Numbered from the stretch's first letter, positions 17,311 through 26,632 are shown. The stretch: 32,000 bases of DNA from Acaryochloris thomasi RCC1774 (GCF_003231495.1 NZ_PQWO01000002.1:480001-512000), one strand, 5' to 3'. Program-made: numbers and translations. The notes: generated by a model from the letters alone, not told the origin.

Positions 17311-17451
17311 ATGACTATCAGAAAAACTGCAGACGTAATCATTGCCACATTCTGTATTGAGAATGAGCTGCTACTGCTGCTCTCAGACCGAGACTTCCTC
17401 ACATTTGTCGAACCTTTTGGTTTGGTCGAGGCATCTGTCACTGGCCGCTAA
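17311..17451 (+). pseudogene. C-terminal remnant of a PIN-domain (VapC-like) toxin gene
   Basis: The frame reads MTIRKTADVIIATFCIENELLLLLSDRDFLTFVEPFGLVEASVTGR*. D-x-x-IA...L-x-S/T-x-D-x-DF is the typical last third of a PIN domain. In-frame stops at 17278 and 17290 close the frame upstream. Another frame (17193-17358) carries ...DAGLVMDSLTLFDERNDYQK, a possible frameshifted continuation. No N-terminal PIN aspartate region is present. Confidence 0.45.
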
Positions 17452-17987
17452 CTCCGCTGGTTTGCATTCCTTAGCCGGATACCACTTACGTGAAGACTAC
17501 TATCCCAAGCATCTCTCAAAACGCTTAAAGATGGAATAACTCGAAGCTCAACATCATCTTCCAGTAAACACCTCGGAAGATCTGAATATGCAAGCTTTTC
17601 TATAGGATGAACTGTCTCATCGCTCACCCACATACCAGCGTCGTCTAGTGAGGTAAAAGTATGGCATGGTAGCTCGTATCGGTAGACTATCGCCTCTTTG
17701 AGCATTGCTTCCCAGCCCTTCTCGATATAGGCAAGCATCCTGAATGTTGAGGAACCGAAGTACTTTTCAGCATCTCTGTCAGTTGTATTTTTTTTGCGCC
17801 ACAAAAGAATGCGCGGGCATTCCCTGGGAAATATGTACATCGGCTGGTGCCATTCATCTATAGCCCACACCAAAGGGCCGTTTAGCCGATCGAGTCCTTT
17901 AGGACGTTCAACCGACACACGAACAGATCTTGGTCGAAACAGTTCAATCGTACTGTCATCGCTGAAATGGAATAGTCGATTGGACAT
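17448..17987 (-). CDS. Uncharacterised soluble protein (179 aa from ATG 17987)
   Basis: Sequence is MSNRLFHFSDDSTIELFRPRSV...GPLVWAIDEWHQPMYIFPRECPRILLW...VYRYELP...MWVSDETVHPIEK. There is no TM helix, signal peptide or known catalytic motif. The N-terminal LFHFS-D/E...F.PR pattern reminds me of a widespread DUF family that I cannot name with certainty. The track start at 17996 is a TTG three codons upstream. Confidence 0.7.
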   Translation of the reverse strand: MSNRLFHFSDDSTIELFRPRSVRVSVERPKGLDRLNGPLVWAIDEWHQPMYIFPRECPRILLWRKKNTTDRDAEKYFGSSTFRMLAYIEKGWEAMLKEAIVYRYELPCHTFTSLDDAGMWVSDETVHPIEKLAYSDLPRCLLEDDVELRVIPSLSVLRDAWDSSLHVSGIRLRNANQRS

Positions 17988-18026
17988 GTCCCGCAATCAT
18001 AGGGAGCAAATTGATTATGAGAATGC

Positions 18027-19385
<1,359 letters not shown>

Positions 19386-19506
19386 TCACAAACAACAATT
19401 ATCGTCAGTGGGTAGAGCTTCTGTCAATCCGGTGATACCTGTTCATGACTTTACCGAGTCCTAAGAACGGTTGATATTTTGCCCTAGTCCTGCTGAGAAC
19501 TCAGCT

Positions 19507-20316
19507 TTATAAAGGCTTCTGGCCTGTGGCCCGAAAAATTGTGGCGGTTATGGCACCGTCTGGTTGATGTGGTAGCTGTCGCAAGAAGTCTAGTCCTGCC
19601 GCCAACTGTTGTGGATCTCGTCCTAGCTTCTGAGCAATTTGAGGGACGGTCGGTGCTAGCCAACCATCGACGTACTCTACAAACTTTTTCAGCTCTTGAT
19701 TCGCCGTAGTTTGAAAATAGTGATACCCCCAAGCCTGATTTCGCACTTCACTGAACCCAGCAGATTCTAGCAGCGGGCCAAGACGAGGCCCCATCGCTGG
19801 GCTACCTCCAGATTGGATGAGTAAATCACACAGGCTTGAAATTAAGTAGTCATAATCACTGTTGACGGGCCAGGGTCTGATCTTCATGTAGTCTGGCTCT
19901 GTTAGGGAAAGTCTGCCGCCAGGTTGCAGGACTCGATACGCTTCTTTGAGGGCCAATTCTGGCTGAGGTAAATGCTCTAAAAACCAAGTGGTGCAGACTT
20001 GATCAAACTGGCTTTCAGCCCAAGGAAGTTGGCTTGCATCACCTACGCGTAAATCCGCTGTTAGTTCAAGAGTCTCTAGGTGCTTGCGTGCATAGTCAAT
20101 TTGGGTGGACTGCAGATCAATCCCGGCCAGCCTTAGACTGGGATAAGCCTGTCCTAAAATCCCCAGCACAGCTCCAACGCCACATCCCAGCTCCAGAACG
20201 GCATCTCCCTCGGCAAAGTCAACTTCACGCAGGATGAGACGCTCTCGCCAGTAGTTTGCTTGAGCGACCAAGCGTGCCTGCTCTTCAAGATCGTAGCCAT
20301 GAATGTAGTCTGACAA
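19507..20316 (-). CDS. Class I SAM-dependent methyltransferase
   Basis: Motif I is VLELGCGVGA. The post-I acidic residue is in GIDL. The region LQPGGRLSLTEPD is also present. Confidence 0.85.
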   Translation of the reverse strand: MSDYIHGYDLEEQARLVAQANYWRERLILREVDFAEGDAVLELGCGVGAVLGILGQAYPSLRLAGIDLQSTQIDYARKHLETLELTADLRVGDASQLPWAESQFDQVCTTWFLEHLPQPELALKEAYRVLQPGGRLSLTEPDYMKIRPWPVNSDYDYLISSLCDLLIQSGGSPAMGPRLGPLLESAGFSEVRNQAWGYHYFQTTANQELKKFVEYVDGWLAPTVPQIAQKLGRDPQQLAAGLDFLRQLPHQPDGAITATIFRATGQKPL

Positions 20317-20363
20317 AAATTACTCCCCCTGATATGAAACGGTAAATACTCAATTCCATTGTT

Positions 20364-21590
20364 ATGCAACAGCCTGACGTTGAATCTCGAACAGATAAAG
20401 TCTACGAGGTAGGACTGCCTGAGAATGCTAAGCAGATGCTGGAGTTAGGTCGCATCATTAGTCAATGTTTCAATGCTGACCTTGAGAACTGGCAAACCTA
20501 TGTTCAGCGGTTGGGACAGACCAATTTTCGGGTCATTCAAGAGTCAGGGCGAGTTGTCGGTGGTCTGGGGCTTTATCCGATGGGGCAATGGTATGGCGGA
20601 CAGGCTGTGCCGATGACGGGGATTGCGGCGGTGGGAACTGTGCCAGATTGTCGGGGGCAGGGCGCGGCGGTAACGCTTTTACGGCATACACTCCAAGAAC
20701 TATACGAACAAGGTCTGCCATTAGCGTCTCTGTATGCTTCTACGTCTCATCTTTATCGTCGAGCGGGGTTTGAGCAAGCAGGTAGCTTTTGTCGCTATAG
20801 CCTGCCCATCAACCAGGTCAGTCTTTGCAGCAGTCAGGAAGCTGTTAGAGACCATCACACATTGCCGTTGATGCCCATCCAAAATCCTGAGTCAGCTTTG
20901 CTGGTTGATCTTTATCGCCAGCAGGCTCAGGCTAGCAATGGCAACTTAGAGCGCAATGATGCCATTTGGTCGTCGATTCTAGATGACAAAGATCAGCCGA
21001 TTTATACTTATCTGCTGGGGACTCGTTCTGCGCCGGAGGGCTACGTCATTCTGATGCAGAGATCTGAGCCAATGGCCTACAGTCTAATTGTCAGAGATCT
21101 TGTGCTATTAACAGCAGCCGCAGCTCATCGATTTCTAAGGCTCGTGGCGGATCATCGCTCATTAGCCGATCGCTTATTTTGGTATGGTTCCCCAGTCAAT
21201 CCGCTTTTGTCGCTGCTGGAAGAGCAGATTTACCGTGTTGAACACCTTGAACGCTGGCTGCTTCGTGTTGTCAACGTTGCTCAGGCATTGGAATTGCGGG
21301 GCTACCCTACGGGGGTAGAGGCTGAGTTGCACTTAGAGGTGGTTGACGACCTTTTGCCCTCGAATACAGGATTCTTCACGCTCCAAGTTTCGGGTGGTAA
21401 GGGACAGGTAAGCCGTGGCGGGCGTGGGGATTTAAAGATGGATGTTAGGGGTTTAGCGCCGCTCTACTCTGGTTTAATGACGGCTCTGCAGCTGCAGCAG
21501 ATGGGGTGGCTCTCAGGGAGGAGAGAGACTTTTGCTACTGCCTGCACCCTTTTTTCAGGAGTGTCCCCCTGGATGAGCGATCACTTTTGA
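20364..21590 (+). CDS. Eis-like GNAT acetyltransferase (GNAT plus central domain plus SCP2-like C-terminal architecture)
   Basis: The ~400-aa length fits this family. MTGIAAVGTVPDCRGQGAAVTLLRHTLQELYEQGLPLASLYASTSHLYRRAGFEQAG matches my memory of the Eis/enhanced-intracellular-survival family. The gene is divergent from the methyltransferase with only a 47-nt spacer. Confidence 0.78.
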   Translation: MQQPDVESRTDKVYEVGLPENAKQMLELGRIISQCFNADLENWQTYVQRLGQTNFRVIQESGRVVGGLGLYPMGQWYGGQAVPMTGIAAVGTVPDCRGQGAAVTLLRHTLQELYEQGLPLASLYASTSHLYRRAGFEQAGSFCRYSLPINQVSLCSSQEAVRDHHTLPLMPIQNPESALLVDLYRQQAQASNGNLERNDAIWSSILDDKDQPIYTYLLGTRSAPEGYVILMQRSEPMAYSLIVRDLVLLTAAAAHRFLRLVADHRSLADRLFWYGSPVNPLLSLLEEQIYRVEHLERWLLRVVNVAQALELRGYPTGVEAELHLEVVDDLLPSNTGFFTLQVSGGKGQVSRGGRGDLKMDVRGLAPLYSGLMTALQLQQMGWLSGRRETFATACTLFSGVSPWMSDHF

Positions 21591-21640
21591 ACTGGTTTTT
21601 CGCTAACAATTGATCTATCGGCTTGTCTGGAAGGATAGGA

Positions 21641-21654
21641 GTTGCGATCGCAAC
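21641..21654. repeat. Extended HIP1 palindrome GTTGCGATCGCAAC, representative of 18 HIP1 sites in the window
   Basis: I found exact GCGATCGC starting at 2384, 3557, 3865, 4764, 6207, 6443, 11797, 13526, 15747, 15971, 18486, 21644, 25877, 28439, 29283, 29723 and 31780. The copy at 21644 is the core of this feature. The 18th copy is the one at 15971, adjacent to 15747. Confidence 0.9.
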
Positions 21655-21695
21655 CCAAGCTCAAGCCCATCCCATCTGATTCGACGGGTGTAAGC

Positions 21696-22214
21696 CTAAT
21701 AGCATTCCAACGTGTCGCGTGTCTCTCTCCCTGTCACCGGGTTTGTGCCCTTTGCTGCCTGACATAAAACATCCTGGGCCTCACCCAACAGTCCTGCATC
21801 CGTAAAGTCTGCTCCGTCAATGACGGCCCCTCGAAACTCAGCGCTGTAGGCAAACGCCCCTTCAAAAATAGCGTTCGTCAAATCTGCCTTAGCAAACCGA
21901 GCGCTATCTAAGGTGGCAAAAGAAAGGTTTGCGCCCTTCAAATTAGCATCCTGAAGATTGGCTGCAAAAAAGCTAACACCGGTCAGATCGCTACCGCTAA
22001 AGTTACTGCCCTTGAGATCGGCCTTTGTAAAGCTGTCCCCGGTTAAGTCTTGATCGGCAAAATCATAATCTCGCAGAATTTCCTTGTTGTAGTCAGCAGC
22101 CACAACAGGTCTCGTGATGATTCCCAAAACCAGCAGCAAACCGAAGCAGATCATTCCGATCTGCCGGAGCCACTTCGTTTGCCTGAATGTGTGCCAAAAA
22201 TTCATATTCTTCAT
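21696..22214 (-). CDS. Pentapeptide-repeat protein with an N-terminal signal/anchor
   Basis: The N-terminus is hydrophobic (IGMICFGLLLVLGIITRPVVA). A tandem A(D/N)LxG-type pentapeptide run follows (ADLKGSNFSGSDLTGVSFFAANLQDANLKGANLSFATLDSARFAKADLTNAIF...). Confidence 0.9.
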   Translation of the reverse strand: MKNMNFWHTFRQTKWLRQIGMICFGLLLVLGIITRPVVAADYNKEILRDYDFADQDLTGDSFTKADLKGSNFSGSDLTGVSFFAANLQDANLKGANLSFATLDSARFAKADLTNAIFEGAFAYSAEFRGAVIDGADFTDAGLLGEAQDVLCQAAKGTNPVTGRETRDTLECY

Positions 22215-22311
22215 CCTGATCGTTAATGAAGTGCCTAATACAGGCCTACGCCTTTGATCCTAGCTGACTCTGGCCCCGTCACGCATCCTTCTTCAACGCG
22301 CATGCTCTAAG

Positions 22312-22890
22312 GTGAGTTTGAGTCCAGACTGGCCAAATTCAGCCAAATCAATGTCTATCGACAAAAAGAAAGAGCAGCTCACCATTGGATATTTGGGCGA
22401 ACAGCTCGTGGGTCAATGGCTACAGCAACAAGGATGGCAGCTCGTCGCCCAAGGGTGGCACAGCCGCTGGGGAGAGATCGATATTGTCGCTCGCCAACCC
22501 AGGGAAGCCGGAGAAGAGTGGCTGGCCTTTGTGGAGGTCAAAACCCGCAGCCGAGGCAATTGGGATGCAGATGGCTTGCTGGCCATTACCCCAACGAAAC
22601 AAATGAAGCTCTGGAAAACAGCTCAAGCCTTTTTAGCAAAGCATCCCCATTTAGCCGAGCTACCCTGTCGGTTCGATGTCGCGCTGGTGCGATGTGTACG
22701 CAGACCATCGACAGAGACGACCTCTCAAGTGCAGACCGATCGCTTGCGTCATCTTTCAGCTCAAGCGGAGAGGATCTGCAGATTGGGAGAGCCTAACTTT
22801 CCTGAGGAGCTAGCTCTTGGGCAAACCATCAAAGTTGCGCATTATTCACTGACTCTGGCGACCTATCTAGAGGCCGCATTTTCAGGCTAG
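22312..22890 (+). CDS. yraN: YraN (UPF0102) family endonuclease-like protein with a C-terminal insertion
   Basis: Supporting sequence is GYLGEQLVGQWLQQQGWQLVAQGWHSRWGEIDIVAR...LAFVEVKTRS...RFDVALV. The start is more likely ATG 22351. About 60 extra residues sit between the RFDVALV block and the C-terminal ...YLEAAF. Confidence 0.8.
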   Translation: MSLSPDWPNSAKSMSIDKKKEQLTIGYLGEQLVGQWLQQQGWQLVAQGWHSRWGEIDIVARQPREAGEEWLAFVEVKTRSRGNWDADGLLAITPTKQMKLWKTAQAFLAKHPHLAELPCRFDVALVRCVRRPSTETTSQVQTDRLRHLSAQAERICRLGEPNFPEELALGQTIKVAHYSLTLATYLEAAFSG

Positions 22891-22911
22891 CTCTAGCCAT
22901 CAACGCGCCAA

Positions 22912-23547
22912 TTATTCATAGCCCAGACGACGACTGACCTCAACAAACAGGTCACGACGCAGACAAGGATAATCGCTTACCCAAAGATCAGAGTCCGGTA
23001 GATAGGCATCTGAGACCTTCTCGACTTGGCTCAAATCAGGACGGCTGGAAAGAATCAGCATTTCAGCCACATCCCCCGGACGGATGGATTTATGAGTTCG
23101 CTTCAGGGGAGCCTGAACCTGAAAGGTAAACCCACTCTCATCCCCCACCTCTACGTTGATTCGCCGCTCACGGTTCTCGACAATGACCAGCTCGCCCTGC
23201 TGATTCACGGTCTCCTCTTTGCCGATCAATTCTTCTGAAACAAAAATATCTAACACTTGGCCTTGCCAAAAGCCGCTGTAACCTAGGCGGCGATATTTCC
23301 CGTTGCGTAGGCTTGCCCACATGGCTGGTGCCCACAGCCAGTACAAGCCAGCAACTAAACCCAAGATGAGTTGCAGCCCCCCACCAAAGAAGCCGCCGAT
23401 GGCGAAAACGGCAACCAAACTTAAAAACGAGATTAGAAAGCGTCGCAGCAGATCGGGCCCCTTTCCCCAGTAGTAAGAGTACTGAGCGCCTGTGGCAACA
23501 ACTGGAATCAATTCCTCAAATTTTTCGCGTGTAATAGGAACCAGCAT
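22912..23547 (-). CDS. Conserved membrane protein of unknown function (2 TM helices plus a soluble C-terminal domain)
   Basis: The 211-aa ORF begins MLVPITREKFEELIPVVATGAQYSYYWGKGPDLLRRF. Two hydrophobic helices and a beta-rich C-terminus follow. I recall similar cyanobacterial ORFs but no assigned function. Confidence 0.7.
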   Translation of the reverse strand: MLVPITREKFEELIPVVATGAQYSYYWGKGPDLLRRFLISFLSLVAVFAIGGFFGGGLQLILGLVAGLYWLWAPAMWASLRNGKYRRLGYSGFWQGQVLDIFVSEELIGKEETVNQQGELVIVENRERRINVEVGDESGFTFQVQAPLKRTHKSIRPGDVAEMLILSSRPDLSQVEKVSDAYLPDSDLWVSDYPCLRRDLFVEVSRRLGYE

Positions 23548-23630
23548 TCCGGTGAACTCGAATCTTATCCTGCTGCAATTCTTTGAGACTCCACTCTAAC
23601 AGTCCACCGTTACTGACAAGGGGATCAAGA

Positions 23631-23672
23631 CGGGGATCATAAAGTCATGTTTTCATGACTTTATGATCCCCG
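23631..23672. promoter_or_regulatory. Perfect 19-bp-arm palindrome in a divergent promoter region
   Basis: The sequence is CGGGGATCATAAAGTCATG-TTTT-CATGACTTTATGATCCCCG. It lies 84 nt upstream of the start of 22912..23547(-) and 163 nt upstream of 23835(+). The structure itself is certain. Its role (operator or RNA hairpin) is unknown. Confidence 0.4.
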
Positions 23673-23834
23673 TAACCCTCTACTTTCCGTGCAACGCTTT
23701 AATGTCAATGCCAATAGCTCTTGACGAGTAACTGCTAAATACGACATATTTTGTTACATAAGCGATCCCCACCGAGCCTTGAGGCTTGATGAGCGAAACG
23801 AAAACTGTTTTGAGAAGAGAGGTTTCAGGAGATT

Positions 23835-25109
23835 ATGGCTCAAGAGAATTTGCCCCTAGAACAAATGACGCTTCGCCAACTGCGGCGCGTAGCGAGTCAA
23901 TATGGTGTTTCTCGCTACAGTCGTATGCGTAAGGAGCAGCTCCTGGAATCTATTCAGAAAGCTCAGCAGATGTCATCACCGGCTCTGCAGGGGCACTATG
24001 CTCAATCCGAAGCTGAAATGCCTGCTCAGGAAAAAGTTGAAGCGGCTAAGTTTGATCTCGGGTCATCGGAAGATCTCCAGGATTTATCTCTGGCTTCCGT
24101 CGATGAAGGAATCGGTGATTTGCCTGAAGGCTACGGCGAAACGCGTGTTGTTCTGATGCCCCGCGACCCTCAGTGGGCTTATGCATACTGGGACGTGCCC
24201 AACGAGCACAAAATGGAGCTGCGGAGTCAGGGAGGGCAGCAGCTTGCCCTGCGTTTGTATGATTCGACTGATATCGATCTTGCGACTCGCGCTCCCCATA
24301 GTGTTCAAGAGTTTCCCTGTGATGAACTCGCTCGTGAGTGGTATCTGCCGATTCCGGTGAGCGATCGTGACTATGTCGCTGAAATTGGCTATCGCTGTGC
24401 TGATGGTCGGTGGCTGACGCTGGCTCGGTCTCTGCCGGTCCATGTGCCGCCCACCTATCCTTCTGACTGGGTGGACGATCAGTTCGTCACCGTTGATTGG
24501 GATCAAGATCTGCGGGGCGCTCAGATTGCGGAGCTGAATCCACCAGACCGCAAGGTTGTGACCCAGAGCAACGGCAACGCGATTTATGAAGAGATCTTCG
24601 GCATGGCTGAGAGTGCTGAGGCAATGAGAGTTGCAGGTTCTCTGTACGGTTCAATGCAGCAGGCTCCGGTTGCGCCTCCTGCACCGTCCCACGAAGATAT
24701 CTTGAGCTCCTATGTATTCCCTTCTGGTGTGGGTATGTGGGCAATGCCGACGGCCTCTGGCATGGGTATGGGTATGAACATGTCTGGTGTTGGTATGGGA
24801 GCTTGGTCCGCTTCTGCTGCGCCCGTTCGTCCACGCCAGTTCTGGTTGGTGGCTGATGCTGAATTGATTGTTTACGGTGCCACTGAGCCTGATGCTACGG
24901 TCACCATTGGCGGGACACCTATTCGACTTAATCCTGATGGTACTTTCCGTTATCAAATGTCTTTCCAAGATGGTCTGATTGATTATCCGATCTTGGCTGT
25001 GGCCGCAGACGGTGAACAGAATCGGTCGATTCACATGAAGTTCACTCGTGAAACGCCGCATCGGCATACGAATACGAAGGAAGCTGCCCTTCTGGAATGG
25101 CTGGTGTAG
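23835..25109 (+). CDS. DUF4912 domain protein with a Rho-N/SAP-like N-terminal motif
   Basis: The N-terminus LRQLRRVASQYGVSRYSRMRKEQLLESIQ has the Rho termination factor N-terminal-type helix pattern. VVLMPRDPQWAYAYWDVP and the C-terminal FWLVADAELIVYGATEPDATVTIGG...LNPDGTF match my memory of DUF4912. A Met/Gly-rich linker is present (GMGMGMNMSGVGMG). Confidence 0.78.
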   Translation: MAQENLPLEQMTLRQLRRVASQYGVSRYSRMRKEQLLESIQKAQQMSSPALQGHYAQSEAEMPAQEKVEAAKFDLGSSEDLQDLSLASVDEGIGDLPEGYGETRVVLMPRDPQWAYAYWDVPNEHKMELRSQGGQQLALRLYDSTDIDLATRAPHSVQEFPCDELAREWYLPIPVSDRDYVAEIGYRCADGRWLTLARSLPVHVPPTYPSDWVDDQFVTVDWDQDLRGAQIAELNPPDRKVVTQSNGNAIYEEIFGMAESAEAMRVAGSLYGSMQQAPVAPPAPSHEDILSSYVFPSGVGMWAMPTASGMGMGMNMSGVGMGAWSASAAPVRPRQFWLVADAELIVYGATEPDATVTIGGTPIRLNPDGTFRYQMSFQDGLIDYPILAVAADGEQNRSIHMKFTRETPHRHTNTKEAALLEWLV

Positions 25110-25128
25110 TGCTTCTTTAGATTGAGTG

Positions 25129-25158
25129 AAAAGCCGCAGGTTAACCTGCGGCTTTTTT
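25129..25158. terminator. Bidirectional intrinsic terminator shared by convergent genes
   Basis: The sequence is AAAA-GCCGCAGG-TTAA-CCTGCGGC-TTTTTT. The stem is GC-rich and 8 bp long, flanked by an A-run and a T-run. It lies 20 nt after the DUF4912 gene stop. Its T-run overlaps the kinase stop codon (25159-25157). Confidence 0.85.
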
Positions 25159-26575
25159 ATTGAGATTGAACATTGCTCTGATGTTCTCGTCGCCAGTTTT
25201 GTATTTCTTGCGCTAACCATTCACCTTCTGCGAGGGAGAGCTTCTCCGCAAGAGTTATGGGTTGTATCGTCGATGGCTTCGTATTAGTATCACTCGAAGT
25301 TTCTTCTGTTGAGAGGGGCACGATGATGACTGTGGCATCTGTGGAGCTAAAGGGCAGTACTTTCAAGTTTGTTCCTGGAGAAAGGCGGCAGCGTCGCTGA
25401 CGATAGGGAAGACCCCAGAGACTGTACTGTGCGGTAACTGTATCTGTCGTGAAGGTTAATTGAGTTGCTCCAAGCAAGCGCTTCAAGGTGAGCAGCAGTA
25501 GTGAAACGATGATTCCGCCCAGTACAGATAGCAATAGACTTGCTCCCATGGTCGCAAAGTCAAGGGAGCGGGAGGCCGTGATCAGACTTTGGAACCCAAA
25601 AGGAAGCAGTACCAAGAGCGTCCCCCCCATTAAGGCACCCAATAAAGTTAGCTCTAGCCACGCCATTGTTTTGAGTGTAATCAGGGCTGGAATTGAAACT
25701 ATCAAGCTAGCGGAGGAGGGCTGCAGCAGGATGCGCGATTGGGGTGGTTCTAGAATCGGAGGGTTTGTTGGTGTTCTGAGGGCTGTGAGTGCTTGGGTGG
25801 CTGAACAAAAGCGATCGGCGAGTGCCGGTGCGGTCATCTGGGTCAACCAGTCAGAAAGGTGTGGGGTGGTTGAGATGCGATCGCAAAACGAAATCTGTAG
25901 ATCCGCCTGCACCAGTTCTGCGGGTGGAACGCCTGCCAGCAGATGAATGAGCGTTGCCCCTAAAGCATATAGATCAGACGCCGGTTCAGTCTGACCGCCA
26001 AACTGTTCCATTGGTGTATATCCATAGGTGCCCACCACCGTAAACGATTGACCGGCGGAGCGGGGGCGATCCTGCACGGCCCCAAAATCAATCATATAGA
26101 CCTGACGAGCGGGGGTGAGAATTAAGTTGCTGGGCTTGATGTCTCGATGGAGAATGGGGGGACTGCACCCGTGCAGATAAACTAAAATCTCCAACACCTG
26201 CACTGCAATTGATTGAACTGCAGCTTCTGAAAATCGGCGGCCTTGATCCATCAACGTCTGTAGCGATTCACCCACAATATAGGTCTCGACAAACCCCATC
26301 CACCCGACCGGCTCCCGCAGATGAAACGACTCACCACATCGAGGAATCTGAGGATGATTGAGCTGTCGAAGTACTCGAACCTCCCGTTCAAAAAGCTTTA
26401 GATCGGCCCACTGACTCCGTCCCCCAAAGCGTAAAAATTTTAGGACGACTGGCTTATCCGCTGCCCCTAGATCATCGGCTAACCACGTTTGTCGAAAATC
26501 ATTGTGGCTATGCACTCTGTCCAGTGGTCGACGAAGTACGTAGCGTTCCTGTAGAACCTGACCTGCCGCAAACAT
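25157..26575 (-). CDS. Ser/Thr protein kinase (Hanks-type) with a C-terminal membrane region
   Basis: Kinase motifs are present: VVLKFL (VAIK-like Lys), HRDIKPSNLIL, DFG and GTYGYTPMEQ. After about 270 aa there are two or three hydrophobic helices and a ~110-aa tail with no motif I recognise. Confidence 0.9.
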   Translation of the reverse strand: MFAAGQVLQERYVLRRPLDRVHSHNDFRQTWLADDLGAADKPVVLKFLRFGGRSQWADLKLFEREVRVLRQLNHPQIPRCGESFHLREPVGWMGFVETYIVGESLQTLMDQGRRFSEAAVQSIAVQVLEILVYLHGCSPPILHRDIKPSNLILTPARQVYMIDFGAVQDRPRSAGQSFTVVGTYGYTPMEQFGGQTEPASDLYALGATLIHLLAGVPPAELVQADLQISFCDRISTTPHLSDWLTQMTAPALADRFCSATQALTALRTPTNPPILEPPQSRILLQPSSASLIVSIPALITLKTMAWLELTLLGALMGGTLLVLLPFGFQSLITASRSLDFATMGASLLLSVLGGIIVSLLLLTLKRLLGATQLTFTTDTVTAQYSLWGLPYRQRRCRLSPGTNLKVLPFSSTDATVIIVPLSTEETSSDTNTKPSTIQPITLAEKLSLAEGEWLAQEIQNWRREHQSNVQSQ

Positions 26576-26632
26576 GATTGCTAACCCTTGCTGGTGATTA
26601 TTATTTCTTTGTTAAGGAAAAAGAGGGGGGTA

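Noticed and set aside
23728-23742. NtcA-like site GTAACTGCTAAATAC upstream of the DUF4912 gene
   Set aside because: The spacing is GTA-N9-TAC, whereas the NtcA consensus is GTA-N8-TAC. No properly spaced -10 box follows, so I do not call it.
24084-25220. Minus-strand ORFs 24084..24506, 24487..24834 and 24651..25220 antisense to the DUF4912 gene; also 25488..25946(+) antisense to the kinase
   Set aside because: They are shadow frames of well-supported genes and show no motifs. ORF 24651..25220 would also run through the bidirectional terminator.
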